DNA of 49,876 nucleotides from a candidate division Hyd24-12 bacterium UBA5074 (lineage in GTDB: Bacteria > Fermentibacterota > Fermentibacteria > Fermentibacterales > Fermentibacteraceae): NCBI GenBank assembly GCA_002414865.1, contig DIAQ01000064.1, forward strand, positions 31,698-81,573, read 5' to 3'. Under the pieces are notes generated by a model. The model was not told the DNA's origin. It did not search any database and saw nothing but the letters and a program-made list of their open reading frames with translations. Positions 36,298 to 45,708 of this stretch are shown here, piece after piece. The position numbers and the translations under genes were made by a program. Position 1 is the first letter of the stretch; each line of letters opens with the position of its first letter.

Positions 36298-37899
36298 TCA
36301 CCTGTCTCCGGGCTGTGTACGCCGCAATATAGCCAGCGCGGCGGCAGCGGGCTCGAAGGAGGGATCGTCTGCCAGGGCGGCCATCCACCAGCGCCCGGCC
36401 TCCTCGGGACGGCCCTCCCTCAGCTCGAGCAGCCCGAGGTCGTACATGGCATCGGTCCTGTTCTGGCTGATCCGGTCGCCCCTCTCGAAGGACCTGTCGA
36501 TCGCCTCCATGAAGAGCGCTCTGGCCCCTTCGGCATCTCCGGCCTCGACGTGAGCCAGGGCGTCGTGGAATGGCATGTTGACTCCGGACTTCTCCACCGT
36601 CCCCCCCGTCACGGCGGCGAGGGCGATCCCGGCGGCCGCGCCCAGGGGCATCAGGGCGAGGCCCTTCCTCCATTTCGATGCGAACCTGGCCACCAGGACC
36701 GGGACGAGGAACGGCACGCACGGGAGCCTGAGCCTGGAGGTCACGAAGAATGCGAGCGTCCCCGCGGCGAGCAGGAGGGACCACAGCAGGAGGCGTGCCT
36801 CGGCGCCCGACGGCTTGCCGGCGAGCAGGGCTCCCGGCAGCAGGAGGAAGAGCAGCAGCCCGGGGAAGGCCACCGGAGGGGGTGTCAGCAGGAGCCGGAG
36901 AGGCGGGGAGAACCTCCTGCAGTAGTACATGTCGTAGTTTCCCGGGATCTCCACCGGCGAGAACAGATACAGGAGCTTCCTCGCCATGAGTCCGAGCCAT
37001 GCCGCGGGATCGTCGGCGATACCCCTGAGAGTCCTGGCAGACCACCAGGACGAAACGGCCGACGCGCTCAGGCCGTCCGGCGCAAGGAGCACGGCGGCGT
37101 CGTGCACGTTGTCCGAATAGGCAGCCCCCGGCTCGCGCGGCGGGACCCTCATGGGCGCAAAGGCGGTATACCCGTCCGAATCGGGGGAGTTTCCTATATA
37201 GAAGTTGATGCCTCCCTGGCTGGAGACCACGTCGAGCGGGTCTCCGGAGACTGCGTTGACCGCCCAGACCGCCGCGATCGGAAGAGCGAACAGAGGGAGC
37301 CGCCGCAGCCCCCGTGTCAGGCCGGCCGAGGCCACGGCTGCCGGGAGCAGCAGCGCGGAGCCGGGCCTGGTGACGACCGACAGCCCCAGGAGGAGCATCC
37401 CCGCGGAAGGCCTCCCCGACTCCAGCGCGAGGAAGGCTCCCATGAGCAGGACCAGGTAGAGGGGCTCCAGGAGGGCGGTTGCCGAGAGAAAGAAGGAAGG
37501 AGCCCAGAGCGCCCAGATGGCCGAGGCCGCGACGGCCGGTCCGCGTGGCATCATCCGGCGGGCGATCGACGCCAGGATGGCCGAGGAGGCCGCGGTGAGC
37601 AGGGACGAGAGCAGCGCGACGGCGGTCATGGAGCGCCCTGCCGCGGCGAACACCGCCCCCAGGAGCATCGGGTACAGGGGTGCCCTGAAGAACGGGGCGT
37701 ATGCTGTGATGTCGCCGGCAGCTATCCTTCCGGCCCATTCCATGTGCCAGGCCGCATCCACCACGGGATGGTCGAAGAGCGGGTGAGCCGAGAAGAAGCC
37801 GGCATGGAGCAGGCAGACGGCAAACGACAGCGCGGCCGCTGCGAGCGGGAGGTTGCCGGGACGGCCGGCGGCCTCCGGGGCGGGCCCTGGGAGGGCCAT
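36298..37899 (-). CDS. Polytopic GT-C (ArnT/PMT-like) glycosyltransferase-family protein with C-terminal TPR
   Basis: VDAAWH..WA, PFFRAPLYP, GGINFYIGN, EIPGNYD, RLRLP; multiple TM helices; TPR-like tail. Confidence 0.75.
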   Translation of the reverse strand: MALPGPAPEAAGRPGNLPLAAAALSFAVCLLHAGFFSAHPLFDHPVVDAAWHMEWAGRIAAGDITAYAPFFRAPLYPMLLGAVFAAAGRSMTAVALLSSLLTAASSAILASIARRMMPRGPAVAASAIWALWAPSFFLSATALLEPLYLVLLMGAFLALESGRPSAGMLLLGLSVVTRPGSALLLPAAVASAGLTRGLRRLPLFALPIAAVWAVNAVSGDPLDVVSSQGGINFYIGNSPDSDGYTAFAPMRVPPREPGAAYSDNVHDAAVLLAPDGLSASAVSSWWSARTLRGIADDPAAWLGLMARKLLYLFSPVEIPGNYDMYYCRRFSPPLRLLLTPPPVAFPGLLLFLLLPGALLAGKPSGAEARLLLWSLLLAAGTLAFFVTSRLRLPCVPFLVPVLVARFASKWRKGLALMPLGAAAGIALAAVTGGTVEKSGVNMPFHDALAHVEAGDAEGARALFMEAIDRSFERGDRISQNRTDAMYDLGLLELREGRPEEAGRWWMAALADDPSFEPAAAALAILRRTQPGDR

Positions 37900-38384
37900 C
37901 AGGGGGTTCCGACCCGCTCTATCGCCGAACTCGTGGAGTATCCGGGGAACAGGGGTACGATCACGACGCGCCCTCCGGCCGAGAGGACCGAGGAGGCCCC
38001 GGCTATCTCCCCGGCCCGGTAGTCCCCTCCTTTAACCATCACCGAGGGAGCCAGCGCTTCGACCAGCGCAGCGGGATCGGGCTCGTCGAAGGGCACGACC
38101 AGATCGACGAAGCGGATGGCGGCCAGGCATGCCATCCTGCTCTCGAGGGGCATGACAGGCCTTCCGGCCCCCTTCAGGCGCCTCACGGAGCAGTCGGAGT
38201 TCACCCCCACTACGAGGTAGTCTCCCTCCCGCGAGGCGGCCTCGAGAACGACGATATGCCCCTTGTGCAGTATATCGAAGCAGCCGTTGGTGAATACGAC
38301 TGTCCTGCCCGCCAGTCTCTGCTCCTCGCAGGCCGAGGCCGCCACGGAGCGGTCGGTCAGTATCCTTCCGCCGCTACAGTTCAT
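37899..38384 (-). CDS. rfaE2: D-glycero-beta-D-manno-heptose 1-phosphate adenylyltransferase
   Basis: VFTNGCFDILHKGH, VGVNSDCSVRRLKGAGRP, VKGGDY, GYSTS. Confidence 0.93.
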   Translation of the reverse strand: MNCSGGRILTDRSVAASACEEQRLAGRTVVFTNGCFDILHKGHIVVLEAASREGDYLVVGVNSDCSVRRLKGAGRPVMPLESRMACLAAIRFVDLVVPFDEPDPAALVEALAPSVMVKGGDYRAGEIAGASSVLSAGGRVVIVPLFPGYSTSSAIERVGTP

Positions 38385-39366
38385 CGCGCATCTCCCTGAG
38401 AATGTCGGCGGGCTTCACCGCGTAGACCCCCGGCACCGCACAGACAGCTGCGGCCGCCAGGTTCGCCAGCTCCGCGGACCTCTCGAAGCCGAGTGAGGCG
38501 GCGATCCCCAGGGCCATCACGGCGATGACGGTGTCGCCGGCTCCCGAGACATCGTACACCCTCCTGGCCGCGGTAGGCCTGGAGACCGGCTCCCTCCCCT
38601 CGACCGCGAGCACGGAGCCCTGCTCACCCAGCGTGACCAGCACAGCCGTTGCCCCGAGCCTGCCCAGCAGGACCCTCGCCGCTGCCGCCGCATCCCGGGG
38701 CCCCCTTATCTCCATCCCGGTTATCCGCGAGGCCTCCAGGCGGTTCGGCTTCACCAGCGTGCAGCCCTGGTAGGCCAGGAAGTTCCTGAACTTGGGGTCC
38801 ACGGCCACCGGGATGCCCCTCGTCCTGCATTCGGAGACGACCGTCGCGATGAGGCCGGGGCTGATGCAGCCCTTGTCGTAGTCCTCGAACAGGACCGCGT
38901 CGCACCTGTCCAGCAGACCGGTGACGGCCACCAGCAGGGAGTTCCCCACGGCTTCGTCAGGCGTGTCGGTGACTTCCCTGTCTATCCGCAGTATCTGCTG
39001 GTTCCTCGAGACGATCCTCGTCTTGGAAGTGGTGGGGCGAGAGCGGTCGGCCATGACCGCGGAGGTTTCGATCCCCGCAGCCCCCAGGAGATCGAGCAGC
39101 ATCGAGCCGTCCGCGTCGTCGCCTGTCAGCCCGGCGATCATGGGCCTCCCGCCGAGGGATGCGACGTTCATTGCGACGTTTGCCGCGCCGCCGGGAACGC
39201 TGCGCTCCCCCCCGGGCTTCAACGCCACGACGGGGACGGGGGCCTCCGGCGAGATCCGCTCGACCTCGCCCTCGAGGTAGTGGTCGAGAATCAGGTCGCC
39301 TATCACGAGGACGCCTCTTCCCTCGAGAGTGCCCAGGTCTCTTGCCGCTGAATCTCTTGAGCTCAT
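38374..39366 (-). CDS. rfaE1: D-glycero-beta-D-manno-heptose 7-phosphate kinase
   Basis: VIGDLILDHY, RISPEAPVPV, GGAANVA, DYDKG, VDPK, KPNRLEA, VYDVSGAGDTV. Confidence 0.95.
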   Translation of the reverse strand: MSSRDSAARDLGTLEGRGVLVIGDLILDHYLEGEVERISPEAPVPVVALKPGGERSVPGGAANVAMNVASLGGRPMIAGLTGDDADGSMLLDLLGAAGIETSAVMADRSRPTTSKTRIVSRNQQILRIDREVTDTPDEAVGNSLLVAVTGLLDRCDAVLFEDYDKGCISPGLIATVVSECRTRGIPVAVDPKFRNFLAYQGCTLVKPNRLEASRITGMEIRGPRDAAAAARVLLGRLGATAVLVTLGEQGSVLAVEGREPVSRPTAARRVYDVSGAGDTVIAVMALGIAASLGFERSAELANLAAAAVCAVPGVYAVKPADILREMRDEL

Positions 39367-39389
39367 CTGCATCTCCCGGGAACGGGTAC

Positions 39390-39419
39390 TTGACCGGAGG
39401 GTCGCGCCTCTGGTAACAT
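39390..39419 (+). promoter_or_regulatory. Putative sigma70 promoter (extended -10)
   Basis: TTGACC-N18-TAACAT with a TG extension, upstream of the DUF3467 gene. Confidence 0.55.
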
Positions 39420-39450
39420 CCTGCGCAACACCAGCGACCAGGAGGTGAAA

Positions 39451-39759
39451 ATGCTCAAAACACCGCCACGGATCAACATCAGGCCCGAGGACGCAGACGG
39501 GGAGTACAGCAACCTCGCCCTGGTGTCCTTCTCGAAGGCCGAATTCATCCTCGACTTCGCCCGGATCATGCCCGGGGTCCCGGCAGCGTCCCTGAAGGCG
39601 AGGATCATCCTCTCGCCGCACAGGGTCAAGGCGCTGATCTCCGCGCTCGAGAGCCAGACGAAGGCATACGAGGCCAAGTTCGGCAAGCTCGAGGACGGGG
39701 ACTTCCAGTCCTCGATAGGTTTCCAGAATCCTTCCGCGATGGGCGGAGAGGAGCAGTGA
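39451..39759 (+). CDS. DUF3467 family protein
   Basis: ADGEYSNLALV...EFILDFARIMPG.P....ARIILSP...K...YEAKFG; GGAGG RBS. Confidence 0.88.
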   Translation: MLKTPPRINIRPEDADGEYSNLALVSFSKAEFILDFARIMPGVPAASLKARIILSPHRVKALISALESQTKAYEAKFGKLEDGDFQSSIGFQNPSAMGGEEQ

Positions 39760-40475
39760 CCCCTGGCTCGGGCAGGCATCCGGGAGCCATCCTCTCGACG
39801 GCTCTCTCCATCGCCTTCGCCTTCGTGCTGTGGCTCGTGGCGCTGGGACGGCACACCTTCGACCTCGAAGTGCAGGTCCCTGTGCAGCCCCCGGCCCTCC
39901 CCGACACCCTTGTCGCCATCGAGTCCTCCCTGCCGGAGAGCATAACGGTGCACCTCACCTCCACCGGCACCGCGATGCTCGGCGATCAGATCAGGGGAGG
40001 CCCGGCATGGGTCTCCCTCCCGGTGGTCCCGGCCGACCTGGCGGGTCCATTTCCCGCAAAGACCGTGCACAGGCTCGAGATCACCGACCTGAGGTGGAAC
40101 GGGAGGCCCTTCGACGCCCTGGAGACCTGCACCTTCGAACCGGCCCAGCTCTTCCTCGAGATAGACCGCTCCCGCACCGCCTCGATCCCCGTCGGGGTGG
40201 TCTCGGCAGGACCTGTGCCCTCCAGGTATTTCTGGACCCGCTGCGACCCCGGTTCGATACAGGTCTCCGGGGCGGCTTCGGTGGTCGACATGCTCGACAG
40301 CGTCCGAACCGCTCCCGTGCCGCCGGGAGAGCCGGCCGGAGCCGCCGGCCTGGAGCCTCTGGCGTCCGTGACCAGCTTCACCCCCCCGTCGGTGAGGGCA
40401 TGGCTCACAAACCCCGTCGCTGTTGTCTCCTTCGACGATCTGGGCATCTCCGCTCAGCTTGACACCCCGGAATGA
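39756..40475 (+). CDS. YbbR/CdaR-like membrane protein
   Basis: LSIAFAFVLWLV TM anchor; YbbR-like PESITVHL, PGSIQVSGAASVV...VRT, PPSVRA. Confidence 0.65.
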   Translation: MTPGSGRHPGAILSTALSIAFAFVLWLVALGRHTFDLEVQVPVQPPALPDTLVAIESSLPESITVHLTSTGTAMLGDQIRGGPAWVSLPVVPADLAGPFPAKTVHRLEITDLRWNGRPFDALETCTFEPAQLFLEIDRSRTASIPVGVVSAGPVPSRYFWTRCDPGSIQVSGAASVVDMLDSVRTAPVPPGEPAGAAGLEPLASVTSFTPPSVRAWLTNPVAVVSFDDLGISAQLDTPE

Positions 40476-40488
40476 ACGCCCATAGATT
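40459..40488 (+). promoter_or_regulatory. Putative sigma70 promoter
   Basis: TTGACA-N18-TAGATT upstream of the 40543 gene. Confidence 0.5.
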
Positions 40489-40542
40489 CACGCGAAGCAG
40501 AAAGTCAGACCCGACAAGTCAGTGCCGCGGAGGGTATGCAAC

Positions 40543-41493
40543 ATGAGGGGCAAGCGTCTCGTCAGGGTTCTCATCGTTCTACTGGCAGCCCTGCTCGTCT
40601 ACAGGATCTACGCCAGGGTGCAGACCCACCGGGTCCCGAGGGACCTCTGCCGGGTTCAGATGGAACTCCTGGCCACCGCCGACATCAACTACATGTACCA
40701 GAATGACGGCGCCATAGCCCCCGACCTCGCCACCCTACTCGACTTCGCAGACCTGCCCGACAGCGTCGGCGTCTGTCCGCTCATCTGGGCCGAGGACATC
40801 CCCGAGTCCACCTACTTCTACGATCCCAAGCTGGCTCTGGGCTCCCAGTTCGCCATCTCGTGCAACAACCTCGAGCGCCATGGCGGCGTGGTAGGCGGCT
40901 TCGTCGAGAAGGAGTTCCCCGACTCCCTCTTCCTGGAGCCCGACTGGGCGGTCACATACAGGCGCATGGCCTATCTCGAGTACGCCGAGGCCCGCCGGCT
41001 GGACGCCTCCCGCTCCAACCTCGTCAGGGTCTCCGAGGAGCAGGCCACATATCTGGGCAACAGGTACCCGCTGGTCCTCAGGCCGGCGGAGCTGGCCGAC
41101 CTCTCGATAAACACGGCCGACATGATCGATCCCATGGGCGGCGAGTACGTGTTCGAGATCCAGCCCGACACCGCATACGTCTTCTACCAGAATCCCGACA
41201 GGAGAGGCCGGGCCAGGGGCGATTCCGTGGTTGTCCAGACCTACAGATTCGTGGGATGGACCACATCCGATCCGGACGTCTCCAGGATCCAGGTCTACTA
41301 CTCGCATCCTCTCCGCTTCCCGAGCCGCGCCGAGGGCGCAGGCACCGGCGACAACGATCTCCTGGTCGTGGAGAGGCTCTGGGATGTCAGCGCACTCGGC
41401 ACGCTGCAGACAGACAAGCGCGAAGTGGACCTCCTCGACGGCCCAAGGTGGGACACCCTCCTGCAGCTCCGCGCCTCGGAGAGCGGCCAGTAG
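40543..41493 (+). CDS. Hypothetical membrane-anchored protein with pilin/pseudopilin-like globular segments
   Basis: Basic N-terminus plus TM helix; C...ELLATA..Y...DG..PDLATL...CP...Y.Y...SC...HG pattern; GGAGG RBS; typical codon usage. Confidence 0.7.
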   Translation: MRGKRLVRVLIVLLAALLVYRIYARVQTHRVPRDLCRVQMELLATADINYMYQNDGAIAPDLATLLDFADLPDSVGVCPLIWAEDIPESTYFYDPKLALGSQFAISCNNLERHGGVVGGFVEKEFPDSLFLEPDWAVTYRRMAYLEYAEARRLDASRSNLVRVSEEQATYLGNRYPLVLRPAELADLSINTADMIDPMGGEYVFEIQPDTAYVFYQNPDRRGRARGDSVVVQTYRFVGWTTSDPDVSRIQVYYSHPLRFPSRAEGAGTGDNDLLVVERLWDVSALGTLQTDKREVDLLDGPRWDTLLQLRASESGQ

Positions 41494-41607
41494 GCCAAGC
41501 GCTCCTGGAACCTTGCAGGCGCCAGCGGTTATAGACATTTTGTCCGATGCTCATATCCGGCCGGGCGGACTCCTGTGTCCGCCCTTCCGCAGGAACGGGG
41601 GAATTCG

Positions 41608-41820
41608 ATGAAGAGCTTCCTCGACATCGAGGAGAAGGCTGCATCCAGCCACAACCAGTACATCCTCGCGCTCGCCGTATCCAAGCGCGTGAGGCATCTC
41701 CGCGCCGGAGCCCCGGCGTTGCTCCCAAACGCAGCATCGAGGCGCTCCATCGAGATCGCCCTCGAGGAGATCGCCCGGAGCCAGATCGAGTACAGGCTCC
41801 CCGAAAAACAGGAGCAGTAG
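41608..41820 (+). CDS. rpoZ: DNA-directed RNA polymerase subunit omega
   Basis: NQYILALAVSKRVRHL...SIEIALEEI. Confidence 0.88.
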   Translation: MKSFLDIEEKAASSHNQYILALAVSKRVRHLRAGAPALLPNAASRRSIEIALEEIARSQIEYRLPEKQEQ

Positions 41821-41851
41821 CAGTCCTGAACCCTTCCGGAGGAACGAACAC

Positions 41852-43069
41852 ATGAAGCTGTCGGCGCTTATTCCATCCCTTTGCCTGCTCGTCGCCGTAG
41901 CGGGCTGCGGCTCTTCGCAGACCAGCCCCGGCGCCTCCGACTCTACAGTCGTCCTCGCGACGGTCGGCGATGTGCAGATAACGACCCAGACCATCCGACA
42001 GGAACTCGACATGATCCCGCCCTACCAGAGGGCCAGCTTCGAGACCCCCGAGGGGCAGCGGGTCCTCCTCGACCACCTGATCGAGCGCGAGCTGCTCCTC
42101 CAGGCCGCAGAGGATGCAGGCCTCGAGCAGGATTCCACGGTCCAGGCCCAGGTCGAGCTGGCGATGCAGCAGGTAGAATTCGCCCGTCAGCGCGCGCTCA
42201 TAACCGTCTACTACGAGCAGCTCGTGGTCGACCAGGTCCAGATCCCGGACTCCGCGGTGACCGCCTACTACAACCAGCATGTCGGAGACATCTATCATCA
42301 GCCCGCCCAGGTTAAGGCCTCGATGATCCTCACGGCCGACCAGGCCGCCATGGACGAGGTCATGTCCCTCGTCGAATCAGGCAGCCCGTTCGACTCCACT
42401 GCGATGGACCTTTCCGAGCACGCCCCGACGAGCAGCCTCGGCGGCGATCTCGGCTGGATCACGGCCGATTCCCCCCTGCCGTACCTGGGAAGCCAGCCCG
42501 AGATAGCAGCGGCTCTCTTCGCGGCTGCCCCGGACGAAGTGGTGGGCCCCTTCACCACCGAGATAGGCATGGTCCTCTTCAAGGTCACCGACAGGATGGA
42601 GGACGGCGCCCAGCCTCTCGCGGATGTCCGCGAGTCCATCGTGAACATCCTCAAGCCGGCCCAGGTCAACGACTACTTCCAGAACACCGTCATGCCGTCC
42701 CTGCGCGAGAGGTACGAGGTGTCCGTCAACGAGGACGCCTTCCTCCCCGGCCCCGATGTCCCGGCCGACTCCCTGATGTCGCTGGCGCAGAGCATGATGG
42801 AAACGAGCCCCGAGAGGGCCGTCAGGTACTTCCAGCTCTATGTCGAGCGCTTCCCCGACGATGCCAAGGCATACCAGGCCATGTTCCTCATCGGCTTCAC
42901 ATACTCCGAGTACCTGAGGGACTACGACAATGCCAGGACGGCCTTCAACGCGATGATCACCCGCTACCCCGACTCCGAGCTGACGGATGACGCGCAGTGG
43001 ATGCTCGACAATATGGAGACCCCGATAGACAGCCTCATCCCGCAGGACAGCACGGGAGTCAACGGCTGA
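41852..43069 (+). CDS. Parvulin-type peptidyl-prolyl isomerase lipoprotein with C-terminal TPR/BamD-like helices
   Basis: Lipobox VAGC; LATVGD..IT; ASMIL; GGDLGWI; VVGPFTTEIG; AMFLIGFTY...YPDSEL. Confidence 0.85.
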   Translation: MKLSALIPSLCLLVAVAGCGSSQTSPGASDSTVVLATVGDVQITTQTIRQELDMIPPYQRASFETPEGQRVLLDHLIERELLLQAAEDAGLEQDSTVQAQVELAMQQVEFARQRALITVYYEQLVVDQVQIPDSAVTAYYNQHVGDIYHQPAQVKASMILTADQAAMDEVMSLVESGSPFDSTAMDLSEHAPTSSLGGDLGWITADSPLPYLGSQPEIAAALFAAAPDEVVGPFTTEIGMVLFKVTDRMEDGAQPLADVRESIVNILKPAQVNDYFQNTVMPSLRERYEVSVNEDAFLPGPDVPADSLMSLAQSMMETSPERAVRYFQLYVERFPDDAKAYQAMFLIGFTYSEYLRDYDNARTAFNAMITRYPDSELTDDAQWMLDNMETPIDSLIPQDSTGVNG

Positions 43070-43087
43070 CGCGGAGCTTCCGCGGCA

Positions 43088-43125
43088 TGGACAGGGGGTC
43101 CTCGCGGCCCCCTGTCTGTTTTCTT
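43088..43125 (+). terminator. Intrinsic terminator
   Basis: GGACAGGGGGTC-CTCGC-GGCCCCCTGTCT hairpin followed by GTTTTCTT. Confidence 0.75.
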
Positions 43126-43178
43126 GCCCTGCGGATTTGACTGGCGCCATATTCCGCCGGAACGGAGGCTCCTCATAC

Positions 43179-44834
43179 ATGTGCAGGAAGCTCTGCCTTC
43201 TTCTCCTGATACTGGGGACCGCCTGCGTAACGGCCCCGGGTGGCCGCGGCTCCGAGGCAGCGGCCGACGCCATGCTCGACAGCGGAGAGTTCGCATCCGC
43301 CGAAACCGCCTATTCCGAGCTCGTCGCAGCCGGTCCCGACGATCCCCGGAGGGCGGACTGGCTCGTCGGCAGGGGCCTGGCACTTCTCGGACTGGGCAGG
43401 TTCGACGAGGCCCTGGCTTCATCCTCCCTGGCTTCGGCCGCAGCGGTCGACGAGCGGCAGCGCAGCAGGTCCCGCCTGCTGGAAGCCATGGCGGAATCGG
43501 CTTCCGGCAATCCCCAGAGGTGCGCCCGCGCCCTTTCAGAGGCGGATCCCGAGAGCCTGGGTCCAGACGAGGCCGACCGGGCGGAAGCCCTCGCCTCCAC
43601 ATCCACCTCCTCACTTTCCACACCCGAGCTCAGGGCGATGAGGGACTCGGGCTGGCTCGAGCCCTGGGTGCTGCTCGAGCTCTCGACCAGATACGCCTCC
43701 GAGGGTGACGCCGATCGCTCCGCCCTCTGCATCTCCGAGCTGGACAGACTCTATCCGGGCTTCCGCGAGCGGCACGGCGGTCCGGGTCCCGACATCGAGG
43801 GGCCCGATGCGGCGTATATCGCTCTCCTCCTTCCCCTCACGGGGGACGGATCCGCGTATGCCTGGCAGATCCGCAAGGGCGTGGAACTCGCCTTCCAGCG
43901 GTCAGCGGACCTGTATGCCGGCCTCCCCGAGCTCTCGGTCCGGGACACCGGCGGCAGCGACTCCGAGCTCCTCCGTCTCGCGGAAGGCCTCGGGAACGAT
44001 CCGAACTGCGTCGCTGTGCTCGGTCCCATGACCACCGACCAGGTGCTTTTCATCTCCGGAACGGCCGCTTCGGAGAAACTCCCGTTCCTGTCTCCCTCGG
44101 CCACCTCCGCGGAGGTCGACGAAGCCGGCGAATTCGTCCACAGACTTGCCCCGGCCGCATCCGACGAAGCCGTCGCCATGGCCGAATACGCGGTTCAGGA
44201 AGCCGGCTGCAGGCGCCTCGCCATCCTCCACAGCTACACCTCGGGCTCCGTCGCCCAGGCCGAGCAGTTCGAGGCCACCATCGAGGATCTCGGAGCCACC
44301 GTGGTCTCGACCAGGGGTTTCAATACCGACGATACCGACTTCCGGAGCCAGATAACCTCGATAAGAGCCGCCGGAGCCGACGGCATATTCCTGCCCGTCA
44401 GCGCTTACGAGGCAATCCAGATAGCTCCGCAGCTCAAGTTCTACTCGGTCGACCTCCCCATTTTCGGCACCTCGGGCTGGGACAACGAGCTGGTGACCAG
44501 GATGGGCGGCGACACTGTCGAGGGCGCGGTGTTCACATGCTCCTTCGGCGCATCCTCCCTCTATCCTCCCACGGCGAGGTTCGTGTTCCACTACAGGCGA
44601 GCCAACGGCGAGGACCCCTCGCTTCTCGCCGCACAGGGATACGACGCGGCCTCTCTGCTGCTCTCGGCCTGGTCCGACGGCTGTACGACGAGGGATGCGC
44701 TGGAGGCCCGGCTCGACCGCTCAGGCGTCCTGTCGGGCGCCGCCGGGAGGAGCACGGTAGGCGCGAGGACGGATGTCAGGTCCTCGTATCCGATGGTCAC
44801 CATCACCGACGGGGAGATCGTGGGACTTGAGTAG
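43179..44834 (+). CDS. TPR plus periplasmic binding protein type 1 lipoprotein (LpoA/LppC-like)
   Basis: Lipobox GTAC; N-terminal TPR helices; IALLLPLTG, VLGP, LSPSAT, DFRSQI, AAQGYDA. Confidence 0.8.
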   Translation: MCRKLCLLLLILGTACVTAPGGRGSEAAADAMLDSGEFASAETAYSELVAAGPDDPRRADWLVGRGLALLGLGRFDEALASSSLASAAAVDERQRSRSRLLEAMAESASGNPQRCARALSEADPESLGPDEADRAEALASTSTSSLSTPELRAMRDSGWLEPWVLLELSTRYASEGDADRSALCISELDRLYPGFRERHGGPGPDIEGPDAAYIALLLPLTGDGSAYAWQIRKGVELAFQRSADLYAGLPELSVRDTGGSDSELLRLAEGLGNDPNCVAVLGPMTTDQVLFISGTAASEKLPFLSPSATSAEVDEAGEFVHRLAPAASDEAVAMAEYAVQEAGCRRLAILHSYTSGSVAQAEQFEATIEDLGATVVSTRGFNTDDTDFRSQITSIRAAGADGIFLPVSAYEAIQIAPQLKFYSVDLPIFGTSGWDNELVTRMGGDTVEGAVFTCSFGASSLYPPTARFVFHYRRANGEDPSLLAAQGYDAASLLLSAWSDGCTTRDALEARLDRSGVLSGAAGRSTVGARTDVRSSYPMVTITDGEIVGLE

Positions 44835-45708
44835 CTCCTTCTGGGGAGTGGACATCGGCGGCACGACGACGGTGATCGGCCTCCTCGACGGAGGCTCGTT
44901 CCGAAAGGCCGCTGCGATCCCCACCAGGGCTGCAGAAGGTCCCGATTCGCTTTTCCACAGGATCGCGGAGCTCACCGCGGAGGCGGACTGCCGGCCCCTG
45001 GCGATAGGCGTCGGCATAGCCGGACTGGTCGATCGCGACCGCGGCCTTCTCTCCTTCTCACCCAACCTCCCGGGCTGGGTGGAGCTCGACGTGGCAGCCG
45101 GCCTCGGGCGCATGTGCGGGGTCCCCGTCGTCGTGGAGAACGACTGCAACGCGTTTGCATACGGGGCGATCTCGTCCGGGCTCGTGCCTTCCGAAGGCCT
45201 CAGGCTCTTCCTCACGCTCGGCACAGGAATCGGCGGCACCATCATCCACCAGGGCCGGATACTCCACGGCACCGGCCATGCAGGCGAATTCGGCCACATG
45301 CCCGTCGAGGCTTCGGGCCTCCCGTGCCCCTGCGGTTCGACAGGATGCTGGGAGCGCTACGCCGGTCTCTCGGCGCTGCTCGGGTACTGCCGGGAGCGCG
45401 GCGCCGATGTGAGCGATTCGCTCGAGGCAGCGGACCTCGCCCGGAAGGGCTCCGGGAAGTGCATCTCGGCGTTCTCCGAATTCGGGCGGTGGGTGGGCAT
45501 CGGGCTGGCCGGCCTGGCCAACTGCTTCAGTCCGTCCGGATTCCATCTCGCCGGCGGCCTCGCCGGCGCATGGGACCTTTTCGAGGGCTCTGCGAAGACG
45601 ACCTTCACGGCCCGCTGCACGCATCCCTGGGAGGTCGGCGTGCTGGAGGCCTCCTCCGATGCGGGGGCCTCGGGAGCCGCAATGCTCGCCCGGGATTTCT
45701 CCGGATGA
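44827..45708 (+). CDS. ROK family sugar kinase (glucokinase-like)
   Basis: GVDIGGT, VENDCNA, TLGTGIGG, AGEFGH, CPCGSTGCWE. Confidence 0.92.
   Translation: MSSSFWGVDIGGTTTVIGLLDGGSFRKAAAIPTRAAEGPDSLFHRIAELTAEADCRPLAIGVGIAGLVDRDRGLLSFSPNLPGWVELDVAAGLGRMCGVPVVVENDCNAFAYGAISSGLVPSEGLRLFLTLGTGIGGTIIHQGRILHGTGHAGEFGHMPVEASGLPCPCGSTGCWERYAGLSALLGYCRERGADVSDSLEAADLARKGSGKCISAFSEFGRWVGIGLAGLANCFSPSGFHLAGGLAGAWDLFEGSAKTTFTARCTHPWEVGVLEASSDAGASGAAMLARDFSG

Noticed and set aside
36017-37738. 573-aa ORF ending in a NifU domain
   Set aside because: Only the last ~82 aa is NifU-like; the rest is an alternate frame of the GT-C gene. The same over-extension affects the track's rpe, PASTA, lptD, porV, M6 protease and rplS ORFs.
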